Positions 56,486 through 64,000 of a stretch of 64,000 nucleotides of DNA are shown piece after piece; position 1 is the stretch's first letter, and every line of letters starts with the position of its first letter. The stretch is from the human T2T-CHM13v2.0 reference genome, Homo sapiens. The notes beneath the pieces are model-generated. The model was not told the DNA's origin, did no database searches, and saw only the letters and a list, made by a program, of their open reading frames with translations. The translations under genes and the position numbers were made by a program. The stretch lies in the NCBI RefSeq assembly GCF_009914755.1, contig NC_060926.1; one strand, given 5' to 3'.

Positions 56486-59400
56486 CTGTGAAAGAGCTTG
56501 CGGCTGGTGAGTGGATACTGAGCCCAACTTCTGCAGGCTGCCCTCCCCTCTGGATACCAAGCCCACCCATGGCAATCCCTTCAAGGCGTGACTCTCATGA
56601 TAATTAAATGTGTGATAATGTGAAAAGGAATTTTCAGAGAAACCAAGTCAAGGACTGGTGGTGGTGAAACTTCTTGCTTTCTTGGAAAGCAAGATAAGGT
56701 GCTATGCTTTCTGCTCTCTGACATTTCCACCGTCTCCCAGCCATCTAGCAATGGCTACCCTAGAAAAACCTGTTTCCTACCCTTTGGTGTGGGCTGGGTA
56801 TAGAAAGAGGAGGCTTCTCTCCAGCACTTTGCCAGGAGGCCCTTTGCCACACCGTCCTCAATCCACCCTGCTTACGCTGCCCCTGAGAAAGCCTAGTTCT
56901 CACCTGGCAGTGTCGCTTCCTCCTTTGCTGTGTTCCAAGATGCAGCCTTCATTTGTGGCCTAGGAAGGGGTGGGAAGGCCCAATTGCAGGGCAGTTATTA
57001 GTATTGTCAACTCTCCCTTGAAGAGGTTGTATCTGTTTTACTTTCTCACATGCACTCCTGCCTGTGCTGCAGGAATCCTAGAAATTTTGCTCTCAGCTAC
57101 AGTAACTCCCATGAGTACTGATCCCACACTTTTCCTTCAAATGCTAACTGGAGGCAGATTTTTAGATGGAGAAACCAGAGAAAAGAGAGTCAGCAGGAGT
57201 CCAGGTGATAATCAGGAACCCAGGACCCTGATCCTGACTGCTCTGACCAGGCTGCTCATTCCACTGGTGGGGAGCTGGAACCGGAAAACTGTTCATTCTA
57301 AAAAACAACCCCAATCTTCTCTCAGCTTCTGGCTGTGCCCATGTCCTCTGAGGAGGGCCATGGAATGCCTTCTGACATGCTCTTGGATGCACAGCTGAGG
57401 ATCTGAAGGCAGCAACTCACCAGGGAGATGGTGGAGCTGGGGGCTTGGGCGCGGCAGAAGCGTTTGCGCAAAGCTTCTTGTATCTGCGGGAGAGGTAAAT
57501 GCTCTGCTTATGCCAGCCACGGCCCCGGCCTGCGGGCTGCAAGTGAGGCAGGGGGTTAGGTGGGCAGACTTACCTTCCTGTCCATGAGGCAACCAAACAA
57601 TAGGATGAAGACGCCCTGAGAAGAGGGACATGGGGATAAGCTGGTCAAGGAGGAAGGGATCCACCCGAATCAACATGCTCCTTCTGTCCTGTGTAATTCA
57701 CATCCTAAGGCTTCTCATCTCAATTTTTCTGTTACCACTATTTGGTGCATAGGATCCATTTCAGGTGCTTTTCTTATTGTTATGGTTATAAAAGGGATAG
57801 CAAAGGATTGGGTACTGACAATTTCCTGATTTCTCCAACAAAATCAGCTATTATTTTACAGATAAGAAAACCAAAGCTCAGAGAGGTTATGTAATTTGTC
57901 CAAAGTTATCCAGCTACTCAGTGGAGGAACTGGGATCCACACCTAAGCCTTCCAAAATTCCTGAACCTATGTTTCTTCTGCTCCACCTTGGTACCTCCTA
58001 GAGAAGAGATCGGCAGTGACTTAGACCATCTAAAAAAGCAAAAAACACAGCCACCCCCCTATCACCTACCTGGAGGGTGTTGAGAATGGTGAAGATGTAA
58101 TGAGGGACCGTGGAGACTTCCTCTAACAGAGTGGCCAGGCCCAGCCCCCAGGTGAGGCCAAAGATGGGTGTAAGAATGAGCAGGGCTTTGATCACCCCCA
58201 GCAGAGCTTGGCGCTTCTCTGCTGGGGGTCCCTCTGACAGCGAAGGTCTCAGCAACTTCAGCATGGCCATGGCTAGTACCAGCCCATTCACGCCTATGAT
58301 GGCCAGCACTGGCCCCACGAAGGTGTATAACGCCCCTCCCTTCCCATCCAACCAGCATTCCCCCTCCCTCAGGTATTGCCCTTGAGGTAGGTAGAGCCCC
58401 AGGGTGACACCTGCCAACCCCAGTGGGCACAGGTAGCCCAGGAGCACCATGAGGGGGAGAACTCGGTGCTTTGCCAGCTGGTGAAAGACAAAGAGCAGCT
58501 GGTGGGCCAACACCAGGGCCTGCGCCAGCATCCAGAAAAAGGTGGCCAGGTAGAGGAAATGACAGAGGAAGGCGGCAGCAAGGCAGAGCGGGCTTCGGGG
58601 CCCTGGAGAGAGGAATGGGGCGCCCAGGAAGCAAGTGTCTGCGGCCAGCAAGCAGAACACCATGTTGAGCAGGGCGGCGTGGCGGAAATAGGAGATCTTG
58701 TTCCGCACCACGACTCTCCACACCAGCCAGTACACACCCAGGCACACAAGCAGCGCCAGTATGGAAGCTCCCAAGCCCACTTGAGTCAGCAGCGCCAGAG
58801 CGGGTTCTTCCGGAACAGTGTGTGGGGACATGAGGACGGAGAAGGCAGTGAGGTGCTGGCAGAGGCACTGAGCAGTGGGGCTGGCACTGGCCACCTGTGC
58901 CTGGCACCCTTCTTTGGACCAACCCCCCCTGCCCTGGAAGAGACTGTGATCCCAGAAGACACAGTGAGGGGAACCATCTGTGTTCCCAAAGTCCATGATG
59001 ACCTCTCCCTGGCTGAAGGCCCGGTCACCTGCCATGATGGAAATGACAAGGACCAGGCCAGGAGTGGCATAGAGGGAATCCCCCAGCCCTTGTCCATAGT
59101 TTGAGGGCAGAAGGTGGTCCAGTTTTCGCAGCACCAGGCTAGTAATACTTATTTCAGTTCCATTACGGACCAATGGGGCCAGTGAGTGCCTGGGAATCTG
59201 AGCCTGCAGTGGGGGCCGAGTAGGGAAGGAGATGCTGTAGTCAGCAGGAAACGTGGGTCCAAACAGCTGGCTCTGCAGCAGCACATTGGGTAAGCTGAAG
59301 GCGAAGGGGTGGTCCTGTGGGCACAGGCTGCATGCCAGGGTCTCCACAGCCAGCAGGAGAGTCGAGCCTGCCCAGGGCTTCCGGGCTTGGGCCAGGGTCC

Positions 59401-62400
59401 ACAGAGACCTGGTGTCCATATCTAGGACCTTGTCTGTGGCAATCAGGAGATTCTGCAGCACCCAAAAGAAAGATGAACCCCGTCTGCTGGCGCCCACAGG
59501 ACTGAGCCGGGGGCAATGAGAACAACAGACCCCACACCTTCCCTTCCCAGTCCAGTGTGCGACCCAAGGTTGGAGAGAAAAGGGAGAGGAAGACAGGCCT
59601 GTGAAGGGAGACTTTCTAGATGGGAAGAACAGGGAGCTGTTTGGCCAACCACCTGGGGCATCTTCAAGGATATGTCCCCTGACCTGCACCCAGCCCCTCT
59701 GCTGAAAACCCTTCTTCCCCCTCCATCCCTAGGGGCCACCCAGGTTCTAAGAGGGGACTTCTCCCATTCTTTGGCCCCTCCAGGTCTGCAAAGCTAGGAA
59801 TGGTGACCAGCAGTGGTAGAGGGCACCGTGTCCTGGAGGCGACGGCCACACGCATGTCTGTGCATTCACACATGCCATGTATTCCCAGGCATGAACGGTG
59901 TGTAATATCATTGCCCTTTGTTACACTTTTGGCTGCAGCTCATGGGTCACCAATGGATGCCCATACAGAGAGCCGATTTAGGTGAGCCCAGCAAAGCCAA
60001 GCATACTTCAGCGTCTCCATAGAAACTTCCTGTCTGTATCATAGCCACACGCCTGCATGCGCACACACGCCTCGGGCCTCATGTCTCCACACCCTTGCCT
60101 GCCTCCAACCCCCATGTGCTCCCAGCGCCAGGCCTCCATTCTGCAGCCTCAGAGAGTGGTGTCTGAGAGGAGAAATGGATCAGGAGCAGGCCCCTGGACT
60201 CTGGAAAGGTCTGCTGCCCAACAGCCCATGGTGACATCAGAGGGACAGAAATGCCCACAGGTGGGGAGTCTTCAGCCCCCGACTGCCCAGCTGGCCCCCA
60301 CTGTGGCTCAGAGATCTCACCTTCAGGGCTCTGCGGTCAAGCTGTATTCTGGCCTCTGCCACCACCTTGGCCACGTATTTCATGGTGCTCAGCAGGGTCA
60401 GTAAGTCGGAGGGTGAACTTGCCTCTGCCGCCTGCCCTGGCAGCTGTGCCAGGATCTGTGGCACCTCCTCAGCAGGACTGCCCTGGCCTGCCTGCAGCAG
60501 CTGAGACAGACGAGACAGCATGAAGTGGGACACATGGTGGAATGATGGTTTGAGAAGAGCATCCCAGACCCATGGAGATTGTTGACCCCCAGAAGCCCTC
60601 TCACTCCTACTTCCTGGCTCTGCTAGGGCTCCACTTCAGAGAAGCTGAACAGCCTGTGGGCTGGGCCTTGGGGAAAAGGGTCTGCAAGCTGGGTCCTAGA
60701 GAGGCTAGGGTGGGCCGTGGAGGGGGCACGTGGGCAGCAGGGTGGAAGCTTCACCTTGGTTCTAGTGAACAAGGCCAGGAGCCTCGCATCTGTGCAGCTG
60801 CTGTGGACGGGCCCCCAGACTCCGTCAGCCCCACAGAGCCTCCTCACTATGCCCCTCTTGCTCTCAGGACATGGGGCCTGTGCCACGTGGCCAGCCTTGG
60901 TGACATTCCAGGTGAGCACCGAGGCGTCCTCAGGGCAGGTGATGTCTCCATCTGAAGAATGACGAGCAGGCGCTACTCAGCAATCACAGCCTCACCTGAG
61001 CCTCTCCTTGGGCAGAACCCTATGCGGGCCCCGAAGCCTGGTCCTGTTGCCCAGGGCAGAGACGTGCCATGCAAGAGAGCCCGTGCTCCCAAGGCAAGCA
61101 GCTGGGACCAGCCCACTGGGCCCCAGGCCCTGCGTACCCTGGATGATGGTGATGGAGATGGGGACCCTGAGTGGAGCCAGGCCCAGGCTCTGCAGGTCAC
61201 AAGCGTACGTGGTGTCAGCCATCGGGCAGCGCTGAACAGCCAGCACAAAGCACTGAGAGCCTGACTCGTTGAAGGAGGAAGCTGAAGGCAAAACGAAGAA
61301 GGGAACTGTCATTGGGCCAGGGACAGGCCTGGAACCCAGCAGGCTCTGACATGCTGTTTCAGTCTTTCTAGCAATTCAGAAACAGAGGAAGCAGTGGGGA
61401 AGAGCCAAATGATGTGTGGGCTCCACTTGGACAGAGGAAGAGAGCTTGGATTTTGCTGGAGGGGACTGTGGGGTCTCTAACAAGCTCTAGGACTCAGTTT
61501 CCACCATTTCCTCATTTGTAAAATGGAGACTACCATCAAACTAATTCCATAGAGAGTTAAATGAGATTGTGTAGATGACAGCATTTTGCAAAAGTTTCCT
61601 ATACACATGTGGTTATGTTATGGCAATAGACGTGGCATGGCTCTGATGGGGTAGAAAACAGTGTTGGCCTTGGACCCCACTCTCTGGTTGAACTGTGGCC
61701 TCTGTTTCTCATGAGCTGAAGACCCAGCTGCCTGGAAGAGACAGCTGCCCCCTGGTCCCTCTGACCCCTGACTGCTGGCCCCTTCTCATACCTTTGCTGC
61801 CCTCTCCAGGGCTCCAGGCCGCGGTGTAGGCCAGGTTTGTGCTGGGGATGCAGCAGCTCAGCTGGAAGCCAGGGGAGGTGGCACAGGAGATGGACAGCTG
61901 GTATGGAAGTCGAGCCACATCTGTCGCCTTCAAGGGCACCCTCACCACCTCATACAGGTTCCACTTGAAGCCCTGGGCCTCGAAGCAGCTCATGTACTCA
62001 CCTGCAGACACGTGTGTGCGGCGCTATGTGGCTCCTCTGGGCCCCGCTGCACCACAGAATCTCTGCTGCTTTCCAAGCCACAGCCTTGCTCCTGTCCTCT
62101 GCCTGCCACCCAGTGCTTAACCCCAGCAAGCAAGGTCCCAGGATGGCCCCTTTGGTGGACATTCCCTGTCCCCAAGAAGGATTTCTAGGAGGTAGAAGAG
62201 ATCTCTCTTTTATCGGCCCATGCCCGTGAATTTCATGCTCTCCCTAGAGCAGATGCCCTTCCTGCACCACCCCTGCCATTTTAGCATCTTGAAAAACATG
62301 GATCTGTTCTCAGCAGACATTGAGACGGTATTCTCCACATTCTCCATATTTTGTGTGGAGAATTGTAGTATTTTTGTTAACAGAAACATTTTTATGAAAA

Positions 62401-63826
62401 ATAACTACATTTTCCAAAACATAATTAGACAAGTGACTTTGTTTTACATGTTTGCAAATCTTGCCCGTGTCTGGGTTCTCCCATCTGCATTTGCATTCAA
62501 TCTCGTGATGGCCCTGTAGCCTCTGGAAAGGGCCACTGTCTACACCTGAGGGAGTGGGAGTGAAAGGGTCAAATGACATCTTAGCATATTAGGACAATAG
62601 TTGTGACTTTGTAAACCCTGAAAAGGGTCTCAGAAGTCCCAGACCACAGTGAAAACAGCTGGCCATTTTTAGAATTTTCCACATTGCAATTTTTCACACC
62701 AAGGGACCTCTTAGCCTTTGTTTCCCCAGAATGGGTAAATGGAAAGATGAAAAGGGTGAGAAAGAGGTGGAAAGAAAAGAAGGAAGGAGAAGGGAGGGAG
62801 GCGTGGGAAGAAGAGGTGAAGGAAAGCAGAGAAGGAAGACGAGGATGAAGGGAAGTAAGAGGAAGGAGAAAGGAGGCAAGGAGAGGACAGGCTGGCTACC
62901 TGCCCAGTGATGGGACATGTTGGAGACGCTGAGGGCAGCCTGGCCGTGGCTGGAAGTCACAGACACCTGTGTCCCTGGCTGCAGGAGGATGGGACTGGGG
63001 CTCCCTGGGTGCCTCAGGAACCAGCTCAGGTTGGTGGCCTCCTGGCTCAGATGGAGAGTCAGGCTCAGCGTGTCACCAGGCATCTGCAGCTGGGAGTTCA
63101 GGTTGAGGATCCCGGGGACTGCAGGGAGGCAGGTGACAGGGGACCCTGGAGGAGGGACTTATGGCCCTCAGATGCAGCCGAGCAATGGCTTCTCCCCTGA
63201 CTCTGGAGCCCATTCCTCCACACTCCCTCCCTAGCTTTTTAACTTTTTCTTTTTGTCCCTGGGTGGGCACCTGAATGTGGCTGCTGCAATCCAGCCTGGA
63301 AGACTCTATCTGTTATTGGAAACCAAAGAGGGAACCTTTTTGGTCTATGCCTCTCCCTCCCCCAGGTATCCTGGGCTACTGGAGCTGCTTCCTGCCTCCT
63401 AAGGTAAAAAGCAGTCACTCCAGCACTTTCTCTCCTGGTCCTTATGTCTCTGGGGCCTCTCTCATTAGTCTCCCTACTCAGGTTCCAAGCTCAGGGCCTG
63501 TGATCTGCTATGATGGCTGGCTTTTTCTCCCACCCAGAGGAGCAGCTGTGCTTGGACCAGCTGGCCAAACTACAGGTTCAGAGAGGAGAAAACCACTGAG
63601 AACATTTATTTCACTTAAGGCCATTGGTTTCCAAGTTCCCAACCTTCCTCACCAGGTGGCAGCAACTGGCAGTACCCGGGTTCGGGATGGCTGAAGACAA
63701 GGCAGCCACAAGGCTGGTGGTTGTGGAGGCTTTGACAAGGAGGGTAATGGAGGCAGATGCTGGTGTTCCACTGGTAGCCAGAGAGGCAAGCACAATAGAA
63801 ATTCCCCTTGTGGTTGACATTACACT
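56464..63826 (-). CDS. ADGRF3: ADGRF3/GPR113 adhesion GPCR, 3' portion (Cys-rich and Ig-like region, HormR-like domain, GAIN/GPS, 7TM, C-tail); 5' exons lie beyond the window
   Basis: GT-AG exons join in frame; GPS CVFWD..W..GC..CLCQHL/TAFSVLMS followed by seven hydrophobic helices. Confidence 0.96.
56904..56959 (-). CDS. ADGRF3: ADGRF3 alternative C-terminal exon ATNEGCILEHSKGGSDTA
   Basis: tcctag|GCC ACA AAT...GCC AG|gtgaga. Confidence 0.8.
57322..57483 (-). CDS. ADGRF3: ADGRF3 exon IQEALRKRF...TISL; donor at 57420, or read-through to TGA at 57322-57324
   Basis: ccgcag|ATA CAA...CTG|gtgagt; the frame stays open for 32 more codons. Confidence 0.88.
   Translation of the reverse strand: MQEALRKRFCRAQAPSSTISLVSCCLQILSCASKSMSEGIPWPSSEDMGTARS
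57574..57615 (-). CDS. ADGRF3: ADGRF3 exon (42 nt) GVFILLFGCLMDRK
   Basis: tctcag|GGC GTC...AAG|gtaagt. Confidence 0.92.
57845..57990 (-). mobile_element. MIR in an ADGRF3 intron
   Basis: attttacagataagaaaaccaaagctcagagaggttatgtaatttgtccaaagtta. Confidence 0.6.
58070..59452 (-). CDS. ADGRF3: ADGRF3 large exon (1383 nt): GAIN/GPS and TM1 into TM7
   Basis: ctgcag|AAT CTC...CTC CAG|gtaggt; lies within ORF 57998..59689. Confidence 0.96.
60321..60500 (-). CDS. ADGRF3: ADGRF3 exon (180 nt) LLQAGQG...RRALK
   Basis: tctcag|CTG CTG...AAG|gtgaga. Confidence 0.92.
60755..60951 (-). CDS. ADGRF3: ADGRF3 exon (197 nt), hormone-receptor-like motif GDITCPED...FTRTK
   Basis: cttcag|AT GGA...ACC AAG|gtgaag. 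Confidence 0.92.
61138..61281 (-). CDS. ADGRF3: ADGRF3 exon (144 nt) SSFNESG...ITIIQ
   Basis: cttcag|CT TCC...CAG G|gtacgc. Confidence 0.92.
61792..62001 (-). CDS. ADGRF3: ADGRF3 exon (210 nt) EYMSCFEAQG...GEGSK
   Basis: ctgcag|GT GAG TAC...AAA G|gtatga. Confidence 0.92.
62300..62661. mobile_element. hAT-Charlie-like DNA transposon fragment in an ADGRF3 intron
   Basis: ttttacatgtttgcaaatct..tctgcatttgcattcaatct..aaagggtctcag..ccagaccaca..gaaaacagctg. Confidence 0.55.
62900..63145 (-). CDS. ADGRF3: ADGRF3 exon (246 nt, or 219 nt via the acceptor at 63118)
   Basis: ctccag|GG TCC CCT...TGG GCA G|gtagcc. Confidence 0.9.
63653..63826 (-). CDS. ADGRF3: ADGRF3 exon (174 nt) CNVNHKGNFYCACLSGY...CQLLPP
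   Basis: tgtcag|AG TGT AAT...CCT G|gtgagg. Confidence 0.9.
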
Positions 63827-64000
63827 CTGACAGAGAGAAGAGAAGAGGGGGTGGGCAGGCTGTCTGAAGAAGCTAGGTGGGCAGGGCAGACACCTGCCTG
63901 ATGCCTGAGAGGCTTTAGGGCTGGGTATCTGGACCAATCCCCAAGCTACAGGTGCCTCAGTCAGGCCCATGCATCAGGACTGCCTCCTCAGTCAGGACTC

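Noticed and set aside
58062-59104. Overlapping 286-aa and 212-aa ORFs in and opposite the large ADGRF3 exon
   Set aside because: Expected shadow frames of GC-rich coding sequence, with no independent splice or domain support.

Overview
Primate genomic DNA, almost certainly human chr2p23.3. The + strand carries all 15 coding exons of HADHB (mitochondrial trifunctional protein beta subunit, long-chain 3-ketoacyl-CoA thiolase): ATG at 1600, TAA at 37317, spliced CDS 1428 nt = 475 aa, with the MTTIL (extra Thr) allele. The - strand carries the 3' part of the adhesion GPCR ADGRF3/GPR113 (about 55550 to beyond 64000), convergent with HADHB. The rest is repeat-rich: about 45 Alus plus L1, L2, MIR and hAT fragments. 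HADHB intron 3 holds a truncated HML-5 (LTR22, PBS-Met) provirus with a HERV-W LTR17 solo LTR inserted exactly at its gag ATG. Between the two genes lies an 8.5-kb two-LTR HERV15/RRHERV-I provirus (PBS-Ile). Best leads: (1) the HERV15 provirus shows a strong G-to-A, APOBEC3-like hypermutation pattern (eight conserved Trp codons turned into stops) although its LTRs differ by only about 2%; (2) an ADGRF3 exon begins with GTGAGT and would rebuild a perfect CAG|GTGAGT donor, a candidate recursive-splicing exon; (3) the nested ERV-in-ERV insertion at a start codon; (4) an LTR-derived alternative HADHB exon that would remove the mitochondrial targeting peptide; (5) latent pseudoexon donors one base from activation. 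I found no evidence of a wholly new gene system. Family names and variant identities are from recall and were not checked against databases. Most ORFs in the supplied track are Alu or antisense artefacts.
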